A DNA stretch of 64,000 bases from an uncultured Actinomycetota bacterium (GTDB lineage: Bacteria > Actinomycetota > Actinomycetes > Frankiales > Frankiaceae). A model generated the notes under the pieces. The model was not told the DNA's origin and did no database searches. It was given only the letters and a program-made list of their open reading frames with translations. The translations under genes were made by a program, and so were the position numbers. Shown here piece by piece: positions 25,518-35,329 of this stretch. Position 1 is the stretch's first letter, and each line of letters starts with the position of its first letter. The stretch spans positions 1,160,719-1,224,718 of the forward strand of contig CAVSUJ010000001.1 in NCBI GenBank assembly GCA_963731205.1, in the 5' to 3' direction.

Positions 25518-27081
25518 TGATCCGCTCCTTGAGTGCGCGGGCGTCGAGCTTGCCGCTCGACAACATGGGGACGTCCTGATCGGCGAGAAAGACGATGCGC
25601 TGCGGCACTTTGTACGCCGACAGTCGCGCCCGCAGAGCGCGTCGCAATGCGTCGACGTCAGGCTCGGGATGGCCGGCCGGTAGCCGGACGGCAGCCGCGA
25701 CGAGCTCGCCGCGCTCGGCGTCAGCGACGCCGACCACGTGCGCGACAAAGGTGGTCTCCTCGAGGATCGCGGCCTCGACCTCGCGGGGTGAGACGTTAGC
25801 CCCCGCCGTCTTGATCATGTCGCCGCTGCGGCCCGTGAAGTAGCAGAAGCCCTCGTCATCGACGTGGAAGAGGTCGCCGGTGTGATACCAGCCATCGGCG
25901 TCGAACGTCTCGTGGCGCTCGCGCCCGTAGTAACCCTCCATCAGGAACGGGCCGCGAAAGCACAGCTCCCCGACCTCGCCCACGGCAAGCTCCACACCAC
26001 TTTCAGGATCGACGATTTTGGCCTCGAACCCCGGCGCCGGTCGGCCGAACGAACCGCGTCGTGATTCGGGCTGATCGCCCTCGTCCTCGCTCACCAGGCA
26101 GACGCTCCCGGCCTCGGTCATGCCGAGCATGTTGTGCCGCAGCTCCGGATCGGCGGCCCGGACGTCGGCCGGCATGATCGGCCACAGGTTGCCGCGCCGG
26201 ATCGAACTCAGATCCCGCTGCGCGAATGTCGGATCCTTCGGCAGGTGGGCCACCGTCCCGGCGAAGCCGTTCACCATGGTCGGCTTGGTGGCCTCGAGCA
26301 GGTCGAGCACCTCGGCGGGTTCGACGGCGTTGGAGCAGACGAGCGTGGCACCGGCGAGGAGCGTCCCGAGCAGCCCGTACGCGAACCCGCCGATCCAGAA
26401 GAACGGCGAGTTGGAGAACAACACTTCGGCCGGGTCATAGCGCCTGATGGCGTTGAGGTTGTCGAGGTGGCGCAGCAGCGCGCCGTGCTGATGGATGACT
26501 CCCTTGGGTGCGCTGGTGGATCCCGATGTGTGGACGATGACGAGCCGGTCGGCGGCGACCACCGTCGCTTCCGCGGCCTGCAGGGCGGCGTCCGGGATCG
26601 CCTGCCCGGCTGCGGCGATCGGCTCCGAGGCGAAGAAGACGTGTCGCAGTGCAGGCGCGTGGACGTTGTGCAACGGCGAGGCGTCCGGGTCCAGGCCCGG
26701 CACTGCCTCACGAAGCGCTTGCACGTAGTCGCGGCGGCGGTAGCTCGCCGCCCCGAGCAGGATCTCGATGTCGGCGCCGCGGAGAAGGCCATGCAATTCC
26801 GGTGCGGTCGAGAACGTGCTGAGCGGTACGGCGATCGCGCCGATCCGTGCGGCCGCCAGGCACCCGACGACGAAGTCGGCGCCGTTGGGGTAGAGCAGTG
26901 CGACGCGGGTGCCCTTGCCGGCTCCACAGGCCAGCAAACCCTTGGCCAGCGCGGCGGACCGGACCTGCGCGTCGGCGTAACTGAGGACCTCGTCGTCGCA
27001 GATCAGCAGGGCGTGGTCACCGCGCGCCGCCGCCTGCTCGCGCAGCCGCGCCGGCAGCGTCAGCGAACGTGCTGAAGTCAC
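25507..27081 (-). CDS. acyl-CoA synthetase / AMP-dependent ligase (paralogue 2)
   Basis: GTG 27081 overlaps the upstream stop (GTGA). Motifs HTSGSTSAPKGV, YHTGDLF and SAYKVP. Confidence 0.85.
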   Translation of the reverse strand: MTSARSLTLPARLREQAAARGDHALLICDDEVLSYADAQVRSAALAKGLLACGAGKGTRVALLYPNGADFVVGCLAAARIGAIAVPLSTFSTAPELHGLLRGADIEILLGAASYRRRDYVQALREAVPGLDPDASPLHNVHAPALRHVFFASEPIAAAGQAIPDAALQAAEATVVAADRLVIVHTSGSTSAPKGVIHQHGALLRHLDNLNAIRRYDPAEVLFSNSPFFWIGGFAYGLLGTLLAGATLVCSNAVEPAEVLDLLEATKPTMVNGFAGTVAHLPKDPTFAQRDLSSIRRGNLWPIMPADVRAADPELRHNMLGMTEAGSVCLVSEDEGDQPESRRGSFGRPAPGFEAKIVDPESGVELAVGEVGELCFRGPFLMEGYYGRERHETFDADGWYHTGDLFHVDDEGFCYFTGRSGDMIKTAGANVSPREVEAAILEETTFVAHVVGVADAERGELVAAAVRLPAGHPEPDVDALRRALRARLSAYKVPQRIVFLADQDVPMLSSGKLDARALKERISAR

Positions 27082-27728
27082 GGTGCGCTCCGCCGCGGGG
27101 AGACCGGGGCGAGCCGGGCCCGATCGCCCGCCACGGCCTGCATCGCGGCGCTGCACAAAGGCTTCTCGGGCCTGTCCGGACGGAGCAATCGCGCTCGCGA
27201 GGTGATGCGGGTGTCGTCGACCTCGCGGTCGATCTCGAACGTCAGCGCCTCGAAGAGGGGGGTCGGCCGGTGGTACTCGACGAGCAGCGAGGTCGTCTTG
27301 CCGGCCACCCCGACATCGCAATTGTGATGCTGGATCACGCAGTCGAAGAAGGTCGCGAGCACGCCGCCGTGCACGATGCCGGGCGGCCCTTCGAAGGCGA
27401 GTGGAAAGGTCACCGACCCCGTGGCTCGAGCGCCGTCGATCTCGATCGCGTAGACCGGAAAGGCGGGGTTGTAGGCACCGATGTCACGGCTGTGATCGAG
27501 ATACACCCGACGCTCGGCGCCCGCATCGACGCCCACCCGCGGCGCCAGGTCACCCGGCGCGACGGCTTCCAACGATGCGTGGGCGCTGCGCAGATCGGCA
27601 ATCAGCTGCGCGACCGCGTCGTCCTCGCCCTCCATCGCCACGACGAGCCCCGCCACCCGCCGCAGCAGCGCCGCCGCCTCCTGGGTCTGCGTCAACGGCT
27701 CGACGCCGAACGTCCAGCGCTCGGTCAT
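27078..27728 (-). CDS. PaaI-family (hotdog-fold) thioesterase-like protein with ~90-aa N-terminal extension
   Basis: GPPGIVHGGVLATFFD motif; 216 aa; ATGA overlap with the upstream gene at 27725-27728. Confidence 0.7.
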   Translation of the reverse strand: MTERWTFGVEPLTQTQEAAALLRRVAGLVVAMEGEDDAVAQLIADLRSAHASLEAVAPGDLAPRVGVDAGAERRVYLDHSRDIGAYNPAFPVYAIEIDGARATGSVTFPLAFEGPPGIVHGGVLATFFDCVIQHHNCDVGVAGKTTSLLVEYHRPTPLFEALTFEIDREVDDTRITSRARLLRPDRPEKPLCSAAMQAVAGDRARLAPVSPRRSAP

Positions 27729-29200
27729 CGCGCCGCCTCATGCTCGGCGATCAGCCCGCGGACAGCCGACAGGTCGACCTTGCCCGACGGCGTGCGCGGA
27801 AGCTCGTCGACGATGCGCAACACGGTCGGAATCTCATAGCGGGCAAGCACTTTCGAGGCGTCAGCGAGCAGCTCGTCGGAGGTGACCGAGCCGGCGCCGG
27901 GCCGCAGCTCGACAGCAGCGACCGGCACCGCGCCGAGACGGGGATCGTCCATTCCGACGACGGCTGCGGTGTGCACGCGAGGGTCTGACTCCAGCGCAAC
28001 CCGTACGTCATCCGGCAGCACCTTGAATCCTCCGCGGATGATGGCCTGATCGGCCCGGCCGAGGATCCAGAGGAAGCCGTCGGCGTCGAGTCGGGCGAGG
28101 TCGGTGGTCCGGTTCCAGGCCAGCTCGTCGCCGAGTTGGCGAGCCCGCACCTCCAGGACGCCCGGCGTCGCAGGCGGCAGCGGCTCACCCGTCTCCTGGT
28201 CGACGACGCGAAGTTCGCAACCGGCATGGGCGCGTCCGACGCTTCCTCGCTTGGCTGCCCAGAACTGCTGGTGATCCTTGAGGTTCCAGCCCGCGACGCC
28301 GCCGCCGAACTCCGTCGCCGCATAGGTGACGAGCACAGGCACTCCATACTTGGTGAAGAACGCATCGGCGTCCTCGGGCGACAGAGGCGCTGTGCCGGAG
28401 ATGACCGACCGGACGCTCGCCAGATCCTCCGGGTCGAGATCGGCGTCCAGGATCATCCGCAACGCGGTGGGTACCAGGCTCACCGTCGTCGGCCGGTGCC
28501 GGCGTACCGCATCGACCCAGTCGTCCACCGTGAACTTCGGCAACAGGCAGAACGAGCGCCCGTCGGCAACGCACTGCAGCACCCGGAAGAGTCCGCCCAG
28601 ATGCACGAGCGGCGCGTTGATGACGGCCACGCCCGAGCGCAGCTTCAGCTCGACCTGCTTGGCGCTCTCGTAGTGCTTCGCGCCGGCGAGCACCCGCCAA
28701 AGCGTCTCGTACGTCAGGGGAATCCGCTTGGGCGGACCGGTCGTCCCGCTGGTGAGCATCTCGACCGCCACGCCCGGAGCGAACGTCGTCGCGGTCTGCG
28801 GCACCCGGTCAGTCACCGTCGCCGCGCCCAGCGCCTCGCTGCTGATCCACCGCACCTCGCCGGGCCGCGGCGCCAGCGCCTCGAGATCTTCGGACGTGCC
28901 CGCGACTGTCCCAACCCCCAATTCGGCGAGGTCGGTGCGCACCCGGTCGATTCCGCGCCCTGGATTGACCGTGACCACGCAGGCGCCGGCGCTGATCAGC
29001 CCGATGAGCAGACCGACGTGTTCCGGGCGGTTGCGCAGGAGCAGCGCCACCCGCTCCCCCGGCGCAACCTCAGAGCCCAAAAGCCTTGCCGAATCAGCGA
29101 TCTGGCCCCAGGTGAACCACTCGCGGGTGAATTCCAGCGCGGGCGCGGCGGGATCGAGGGTGAGGATCTGCTGGATCCGATCAGTGAGCGGCGCGGTCAC
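27725..29200 (-). CDS. acyl-CoA synthetase / AMP-dependent ligase (paralogue 3)
   Basis: GTG 29200 overlaps the upstream stop (GTGA). Motifs LTSGTTGPPKR, and YATEFGG. The C-terminus ends TPSGKVDL. Confidence 0.8.
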   Translation of the reverse strand: MTAPLTDRIQQILTLDPAAPALEFTREWFTWGQIADSARLLGSEVAPGERVALLLRNRPEHVGLLIGLISAGACVVTVNPGRGIDRVRTDLAELGVGTVAGTSEDLEALAPRPGEVRWISSEALGAATVTDRVPQTATTFAPGVAVEMLTSGTTGPPKRIPLTYETLWRVLAGAKHYESAKQVELKLRSGVAVINAPLVHLGGLFRVLQCVADGRSFCLLPKFTVDDWVDAVRRHRPTTVSLVPTALRMILDADLDPEDLASVRSVISGTAPLSPEDADAFFTKYGVPVLVTYAATEFGGGVAGWNLKDHQQFWAAKRGSVGRAHAGCELRVVDQETGEPLPPATPGVLEVRARQLGDELAWNRTTDLARLDADGFLWILGRADQAIIRGGFKVLPDDVRVALESDPRVHTAAVVGMDDPRLGAVPVAAVELRPGAGSVTSDELLADASKVLARYEIPTVLRIVDELPRTPSGKVDLSAVRGLIAEHEAAR

Positions 29201-29991
29201 CGAAACCTCGGGGGTGGCCGGTCGGCGCCGCGCTCCGCGACCTCGGCGGAGCCGATGGGGTTGCCGATGCGCGTGTAGATGAGCCCCTGCTCCATGGCTG
29301 CGCGGTAAGGCCGATCGAGCGATTCCCAGATTGCCCGCACGGTGCCCTGGGTCGCCGCCGTCGGCTTGCGCGCGATGCCGGCAGCGATCTCGTGCGCGCG
29401 CCCCCACAATGCCTCGCGCGTCACGACCTCCGTCACGATGCCGATGCGCAACGCGGTCTGCGCCGTCACACGCTCGTCATTGCCCGACAGCGCCATCCGT
29501 AGCGTTTCACCGAGGCCGATCCTGCGCATCAGCCCCACGGGTTCGAGCGCCGAGACCAGACCGTAGGTCACGTGGGAATCGAAGAAGGTGGCGTCGTCGG
29601 AGCAGATGATGATGTCGGACTCGTTGAGGAAGTAGAACGCGCCGGCCGTGCATATTCCCTGGACAGCACAGACCACCGGCTTCCAGACCTGCAGCCACTT
29701 CGGGCTCAGCGAGCGGCCCGGATCCTCGTGATTCCAGATGTCATCGGGCTGGCCGTAGGGCTTGCTGGTGTCGAGCCCGGAGCAGAACGCGCGGTCACCG
29801 GCCGCCCGCAGCACCACGGCATGCACCGAAGGGTCGGTCTTCACGCGGTGCCAGACGTCCTGCAGCTCCTCACACATCTGGCGGTCGAACGCGTTGAGCA
29901 CCTCGGGACGGTTCAGCGTGATGGTCGCGACGTGATCGTCAGCCGTCTCGTAGATGACCTTCTCGTACGCGCCGCTCACCGGCATCGCCAT
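29197..29991 (-). CDS. enoyl-CoA hydratase/isomerase family protein
   Basis: VATITLNRPEVLNAF, AAGDRAFCSGLD and VCAVQGICTAGAFYF; 264 aa. Confidence 0.85.
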   Translation of the reverse strand: MAMPVSGAYEKVIYETADDHVATITLNRPEVLNAFDRQMCEELQDVWHRVKTDPSVHAVVLRAAGDRAFCSGLDTSKPYGQPDDIWNHEDPGRSLSPKWLQVWKPVVCAVQGICTAGAFYFLNESDIIICSDDATFFDSHVTYGLVSALEPVGLMRRIGLGETLRMALSGNDERVTAQTALRIGIVTEVVTREALWGRAHEIAAGIARKPTAATQGTVRAIWESLDRPYRAAMEQGLIYTRIGNPIGSAEVAERGADRPPPRFR

Positions 29992-30779
29992 TCGGGCTGG
30001 CGTTTCTCGACAAACGCCAACGGCCCTTCCTTCGCGTCGTCGGTGCGCACCACCCGCTCCCGGAACGCCTCGGCGAGGATCTCGGCCTCGTTCAGCGGGA
30101 GGTCGAGGCCCTTGCGGATCGCCAGCCGGGTGCCGCGCACGGCGAGCGGCGCATTGCGGTTGACCGTCGCGGCGATCTCGCGCGCCCGGTCCATCAGCTT
30201 GTCGTGCTCGACCACTTCCGACACCAGGCCGAGCTGATACGCGCGGTCGACCTTCATGCGTTCGTGGCGTCCCATGAGGGCCATGCGCATGGCGATGTGT
30301 GTCGGCAACGCCCGGGCCAGCCGGACGACCTCGCGCGCCGATACCAGCCCGATGCTCACGTGGGGGTCGAAGAACTCAGCGCGGTCCGAGGCGATGACGA
30401 TGTCGCCAGTGGTCACCCAGTCCAGCCCGGCACCGCAGCAGAGGCCGTTGATCGCCGCGAGCACCGGCTTGGTCATCGTGCGAAACGGCGGGGTGCCCTC
30501 CTGCGGTGCCTCCCACTGCGGGTACGTCGACAGGTAGGGCTCGTCGTAGATGACCCGGCCGTCCTCGGGGATCTCGGTCACATCGGCACCGGCGCAGAAA
30601 GCCCTCCCCTTGCCGGTGACGATGAGGATCCAGACGCCCTCGTCGGCCTCGGCCATCGCGTAGGCATTGCGCAGCTCGCCGACCATTTCGGGACTGAGCG
30701 CATTGAGCTGATCCGGCCGGTTGAACGTGATCGTCGCCACGCGGTCGGCGACCTCGTAGTCGATCGTCGCGAAGTTCAT
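29976..30779 (-). CDS. enoyl-CoA hydratase/isomerase family protein
   Basis: ATG 30779 is preceded by GGGAGAGG. VATITFNRPDQLNAL, VTGKGRAFCAGADV and LAAINGLCCGAGLD. Confidence 0.85.
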   Translation of the reverse strand: MNFATIDYEVADRVATITFNRPDQLNALSPEMVGELRNAYAMAEADEGVWILIVTGKGRAFCAGADVTEIPEDGRVIYDEPYLSTYPQWEAPQEGTPPFRTMTKPVLAAINGLCCGAGLDWVTTGDIVIASDRAEFFDPHVSIGLVSAREVVRLARALPTHIAMRMALMGRHERMKVDRAYQLGLVSEVVEHDKLMDRAREIAATVNRNAPLAVRGTRLAIRKGLDLPLNEAEILAEAFRERVVRTDDAKEGPLAFVEKRQPEWRCR

Positions 30780-30859
30780 GACGACAGCCTCTCCCACCCC
30801 GGTTCGCCTGTGACAGACACCTCAGCGCATCCCGTCCGGCCAGCCGCCCGGAGCATGGA

Positions 30860-30873
30860 AACATCCAGATATT
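30860..30873. promoter_or_regulatory. candidate operator, copy A of the AACATCTAGATGTT palindrome (12/14)
   Basis: AACATCCAGATATT lies in the divergent intergenic region between the crotonase genes at 30779 (-) and 30922 (+). Confidence 0.45.
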
Positions 30874-30921
30874 AAGACTAGGCTCCCGTGTCGTGCACGC
30901 GCAACGCTGGAGGCGAGACAG

Positions 30922-31809
30922 GTGACTGACCCCCGGGTGCTGCTCGATCGGGATGAGGCCACCGGCATCGCCCGGATCACGCTGAACAACGCCGAACGGC
31001 GCAACAGTTACGACGCGGCGATGCGCCAACAGATGGCCGAATACCTCGACGATCTCGCTGATGACGATGCCGTCAAGGTCGTCGTGCTCCGCGGCGAGGG
31101 CGGCGTCTTCAGCACCGGCGCTGATATGGGAAACGCCTACGGCTGGTACGGCAAGGGCGCCGAGAAGCCTGCTACCAATGGGGATCGGCCGGGGCGCGCG
31201 CGCCGGCCGAGCCAGCGGCGCCGGCTCGCGGTGGATCGTGAGGCGTTCAGCTTCTACCACAGCCTGATGGGCTACCCGAAGGTCACCGTCGCCGAGGTGA
31301 GGGGTTACGCCCTCGGCGGCGGCTTCGAGATGGCGCTCATGGCGGACATCTCGGTGGTCGCCCGCGATGCCAAAATCGGTATGCCCGCCACCCGGTTCCT
31401 GGGCCCGGCGCTGGGCTCGCTGCACCTGTTCTTCCACCGGCTCGGGCCGGTGCTCGCGCGCCGCCTGCTGCTGACCGGCGACACCGTCGAAGCGTCCTCG
31501 TTCGAGCACCTGACGGTCTTCACCGAGGTCGTCGACGACGAGCGGGTCGCCCCGCGTGCCGACTGGTACGCCCGAAAGATCGCCAAGATGCCGGCCGATG
31601 GCATCGTCATGGCCAAGGAAGCCTTCCGGCTCGTGGAGCAGCTGCAGGCGTACTCGGGCGAAGAGGTCGCCAGCTATCTCTTCCACGCGTTCGGCACCAA
31701 CCTGCAGTTCGAAGAGGACGAGTTCAACTTCGTGAAGGTGCGGGCGGCTCACGGCACCAAGCGCGCGTTCCAGCTGCGCGACGAGCACTTCGAGGTCCCC
31801 GAGCCCTGA
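30922..31809 (+). CDS. enoyl-CoA hydratase/isomerase family protein
   Basis: IARITLNNAERRNSY, LRGEGGVFSTGADM and VRGYALGGGFEMAL; 295 aa. Confidence 0.85.
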   Translation: MTDPRVLLDRDEATGIARITLNNAERRNSYDAAMRQQMAEYLDDLADDDAVKVVVLRGEGGVFSTGADMGNAYGWYGKGAEKPATNGDRPGRARRPSQRRRLAVDREAFSFYHSLMGYPKVTVAEVRGYALGGGFEMALMADISVVARDAKIGMPATRFLGPALGSLHLFFHRLGPVLARRLLLTGDTVEASSFEHLTVFTEVVDDERVAPRADWYARKIAKMPADGIVMAKEAFRLVEQLQAYSGEEVASYLFHAFGTNLQFEEDEFNFVKVRAAHGTKRAFQLRDEHFEVPEP

Positions 31810-31814
31810 GCTCG

Positions 31815-31828
31815 AACATCTAGATCTA
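31815..31828. promoter_or_regulatory. candidate operator, copy B of the AACATCTAGATGTT palindrome (12/14)
   Basis: AACATCTAGATCTA lies 64 nt upstream of the TTG start at 31892. A related CTAGATTCGC follows at 31851-31860. Confidence 0.45.
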
Positions 31829-31891
31829 TTCGCGCCTCCAGGCCGGTCGGCTAGATTCGCCGCAAAGCCACGCACGCCCAGGAGACGCATC

Positions 31892-33430
31892 TTGCTGGAA
31901 CACGTCAGCGCCTACGCCCAGAGCGCGCCCGACCGGCTTGCGGTCGCCATGGCCGACGGCAGCGCCACGCTCACCTACGCAGAGCTGAACGCCCGCTCCA
32001 ACCAGCTCGCACACCACCTGCGCGCGATGGGTCTGCGCCAGGGCGATCACATCGCCCTGGTGCTGGAGAACCGGCTGCAGTTCTTCGAGGTGACGCTCGC
32101 CGCGATGCGCAGCGGCCTGTACGTCACGCCGATCAACTGGCACCTCTCGGCGGATGAGGCCGAGTACATCGTCAACGACTGCGGGGCGTCGGTCATCATC
32201 GCTACCGCCGCATTGCCCGAATTGACGAGCCGGCTCGGCCTCCCCGACGCGCCCGAACGGCGGCTGATGGTCGGCGGCACCGCTGAGACATCAGCGGGTT
32301 TCGAGGACTACGACAAGGCGCTCGCCGCCCAGCCCACCACGCCGATCGCCGACGAGAGCAGCGGCTCGTGGATGCTCTACTCCTCCGGCACCACCGGCAA
32401 GCCCAAGGGCGTCAAACCCGCCCGGGTCGGCGGCGAGATCGGCGCTCCGAGCGCCTTCGTCGGCCTGGTCCGCGGTCTGTACGGCTTCAACGAGGGTGAC
32501 GTCTACCTCTCCCCCGCGCCGCTCTATCACGCAGCGCCGGCCGGCTGGACCGACGCCGTGCTGCGGCTCGGCGGCACCGCCGTCGTCATGGACCGCTTCG
32601 ATCCGGTCGAGACGTTGCGGGCCATCGAGCGTTTCCACGTCACCCATGTGCAGTTCGTCCCGACGCATCTCATCCGGCTGCTGAAACTGCCCGAGGAAGA
32701 GCGCAACCAGTTCGACCTGTCCAGCCTGCGCTACGCGGTGCACGCCGCCGCGCCGTGCCCGCCGGAGGTGAAGCGCGCGGCAATCGAGTGGCTCGGGCCG
32801 GTGGTGTACGAGTACTACTCCGGCAGCGAGGGCGCCGGCTTCTGCGCCATCGGGCCCGAGGAGTGGCTGGCGCATCCGGGATCGGTCGGACGCTCGCTGC
32901 TCGGGGCCGCCCACATCGTCGGCGAGGACGGCAAAGAGGTCGCCGCCGGCGAGACCGGGCAGATCTGGTTCGAGGGGCCGTCGCGCTTCGAGTACCACGG
33001 CGATCCGGCCAAGACCGCCGAAGCGTTCAACGAGCGCGGCTGGAGCACCCTCGGCGATGTCGGGATGCTCGATGAGGAGGGCTACCTCTACATCACCGAC
33101 CGCGTCACCAACATGGTCATCTCCGGCGGCGTGAACATCTACCCGCGCGAGATCGAAGACGTCCTCGTCGGACACCCGGCCGTGGGTGACGTCGCCGTCG
33201 TCGGGGTCGCCGACCCGGACTTCGGCGAGGCCGTGCGCGCGATCGTCGAGCCGGCGCCCGGCGTGGTGGGCTCTGCGGAACTCGCGGACGAGCTCATCAC
33301 GTACTGCACCGAGCGGCTCTCGAAGTTCAAGTGCCCGCGATCGGTCGTCTTCCTCGACGAGCTCCCCCGCCTGCCCACCGGAAAGCTCGCCAAGCGCCTG
33401 CTCCCGGCCGAGGCTTTCGCCGTCGGCTAG
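31892..33430 (+). CDS. acyl-CoA synthetase / AMP-dependent ligase (paralogue 4)
   Basis: AGGAGA lies 6 nt before TTG 31892. Motifs YSSGTTGKPKGV, GWSTLGDVG, GGVNIYPREIE and PTGKLAKR. Confidence 0.9.
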   Translation: MLEHVSAYAQSAPDRLAVAMADGSATLTYAELNARSNQLAHHLRAMGLRQGDHIALVLENRLQFFEVTLAAMRSGLYVTPINWHLSADEAEYIVNDCGASVIIATAALPELTSRLGLPDAPERRLMVGGTAETSAGFEDYDKALAAQPTTPIADESSGSWMLYSSGTTGKPKGVKPARVGGEIGAPSAFVGLVRGLYGFNEGDVYLSPAPLYHAAPAGWTDAVLRLGGTAVVMDRFDPVETLRAIERFHVTHVQFVPTHLIRLLKLPEEERNQFDLSSLRYAVHAAAPCPPEVKRAAIEWLGPVVYEYYSGSEGAGFCAIGPEEWLAHPGSVGRSLLGAAHIVGEDGKEVAAGETGQIWFEGPSRFEYHGDPAKTAEAFNERGWSTLGDVGMLDEEGYLYITDRVTNMVISGGVNIYPREIEDVLVGHPAVGDVAVVGVADPDFGEAVRAIVEPAPGVVGSAELADELITYCTERLSKFKCPRSVVFLDELPRLPTGKLAKRLLPAEAFAVG

Positions 33431-34056
33431 CGGCCGGCCCAGGCGTCGATGACGGCGTCGGTGGTGGTGACGGTCGTCAGGAGTTTCAGGGTGTTGTCGA
33501 TGACGGCGTCGGCGTACTCGCGCGGCACCCCGGCGACGGCGTCACGCGGGAGCACGAACTGATACGACGCGTTCACCGCATCCATCACGAAGTTGGTGAT
33601 GGCGACGTTGACCGAGACGCCCACGCCGATGACGGTCCTGATGCCCATGTTGCGCAGCACCGCGTCGAGTTCGGTGCCGCCCATCGGGCCGAGGCCGTGC
33701 CAGCGCGAAATGATCAGGTCCGAGTCGGCGGGCCCGAGCTCGGGGAGCAGGCTGGCGCCGGGGCTGCCTGGCGCGATCGCGTTGCCCACTCCCGCGGTCG
33801 TCCCGGCGAACAGGCGCGCGTTGCTGTTGGCGCCGAGGCCATCGGGATGGCGCTGCACGAGGCAGTGCACAACGGGCACGCCCGCTGCCCGGCCGGCGGT
33901 CAAAAGCCGTCCGATATTGGGGATCGCTTCCTTCTGCGCCTCTTCGGCGAGCACCGGCAGCCCGGCCTGCGGCCCGACGACCGCCCCCTGACACTCCTGC
34001 GTGACGATGGCCGCCCAGCGCGGATCGACGAGATCCGCCAGATCCGGAGCCGGCAT
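33427..34056 (-). CDS. isochorismatase-family hydrolase (the usual Cys position appears to be Ala)
   Basis: 209 aa with an isochorismatase-like fold. Where cysteine hydrolases carry GVxTxxCV, this protein reads GVGVSVNVAITNFVMDA. Confidence 0.7.
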   Translation of the reverse strand: MPAPDLADLVDPRWAAIVTQECQGAVVGPQAGLPVLAEEAQKEAIPNIGRLLTAGRAAGVPVVHCLVQRHPDGLGANSNARLFAGTTAGVGNAIAPGSPGASLLPELGPADSDLIISRWHGLGPMGGTELDAVLRNMGIRTVIGVGVSVNVAITNFVMDAVNASYQFVLPRDAVAGVPREYADAVIDNTLKLLTTVTTTDAVIDAWAGR

Positions 34057-35252
34057 CAGGCGCGCCCGGCGGGCACGGGCAGATCGAGCAGCTCGAACAT
34101 GTTGGCCGACATGATGCGCTCGACGTCGGCGCGGGGCAGATCGTCGAGCTGGTCAGCGAACGCCAGCGGCTTGTCCAGGCCCTCCGGGTGCGGGAAGTCG
34201 GAGCCGAAGCAGACCCGATCCGCACCCATCAGCTCGATGAGACCGTGCAGCGAGTCCTCCCAGAACGGGTTGATCCACACGTTGCGCTTGAAGACCTCGA
34301 CCGGATGCTCGGCGAAGGCGTTGGGCATCTTCTTGTAGGCGAACGCGAGGTTCTTCACCAGATTGGCCACCCAGCTGCCGCCGTTCTCGACGCTGATCAG
34401 CCGCACTCCTGGGAAGCGGTTCAGCATGCCGTGGCAGACGGCTGACGCGAGCGCGTCCTGGATCGTGCGGCCGCCATCGGCCACCTGAGCAAAGGGGTTG
34501 GGCTTGAACGAGACGTACTCGCCGCTGACCCCCTCCCAGGTGTTGAGGTACTCCTGGTAGCCGCTGTCGGACGCGTGCATCACGACCAGCACGCCCGCCT
34601 CCTGCACCCGTGCCCAGAACGGGTCGAACTCCTCCAGGAACGGCGACCGCAAGCCGCGCAGCCCGCTCACCGGAGCCGGCCGCAGCAGCACCGCCTTGGC
34701 CCCGCGCTCGAGCGCCAACTCCAGCTCGGCGATGCCCTTGTCGATGAGGCACGGGTTGACGATCGGGGTGCTGAAGATGCGGCCGGCGTAGTTGTAGGAC
34801 CACTGCTCGTACAGCCACTCGTTGAACGCCCGGAGGGCGATCTGGGTCAGCTCGGGATCATCACGCAGCCGCTCCTCGATCAGGCTGGCGAGGGTCGGGA
34901 TCATCAGGCAGGCCGTCACGCCCTGCTCGTCGAGCAGCTCCAACCGCGCGGCCGGCTCGCGGAAAGCCGGGATCGAGCGCATCGGCTTGCCGGTGAAGTC
35001 ACGCAGCGTCTTGCCCTCGGGATTGTTGCCCGCATAGAAGTCCATGTGGGCACCCGGCGGCGCGACGACCTCGAACGTCGGGTTGGGGATGAACTCCGTC
35101 AGGACGTTGCGCACGACCAGCTTCTTGCGGCCGTTCATCTCCACGAAGCGGAACAGGTGGCGATGCGCGTCCGGTAGATGGCGGGTGAACGCATCCTCGG
35201 TCTCGTAGAGGTGGTTGTCGGCATCGAAGACCGGGAAATCCAGCGTCGTCAC
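34056..35252 (-). CDS. amidohydrolase family protein (amidohydrolase_2 / ACMSD-like)
   Basis: N-terminal FDADNHLYE, internal VVMHASDSG, C-terminal FGSDFPHPEG. Confidence 0.8.
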   Translation of the reverse strand: MTTLDFPVFDADNHLYETEDAFTRHLPDAHRHLFRFVEMNGRKKLVVRNVLTEFIPNPTFEVVAPPGAHMDFYAGNNPEGKTLRDFTGKPMRSIPAFREPAARLELLDEQGVTACLMIPTLASLIEERLRDDPELTQIALRAFNEWLYEQWSYNYAGRIFSTPIVNPCLIDKGIAELELALERGAKAVLLRPAPVSGLRGLRSPFLEEFDPFWARVQEAGVLVVMHASDSGYQEYLNTWEGVSGEYVSFKPNPFAQVADGGRTIQDALASAVCHGMLNRFPGVRLISVENGGSWVANLVKNLAFAYKKMPNAFAEHPVEVFKRNVWINPFWEDSLHGLIELMGADRVCFGSDFPHPEGLDKPLAFADQLDDLPRADVERIMSANMFELLDLPVPAGRA

Positions 35253-35329
35253 CTTGCAGTTGTAGCACCCCCGCCAAGGCCGGACAACGCCACTTTCCGA
35301 ATCCGAAAGGGTGCCTGTACTCTGCGGCG

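Noticed and set aside
30376-31890. 504-aa ORF on the minus strand spanning two crotonase genes
   Set aside because: It runs antisense to or overlaps well-supported crotonase CDSs (29976..30779 and 30922..31809). Its translation is Arg/Gly/Ala-rich low-complexity sequence, typical of shadow ORFs in GC-rich DNA.
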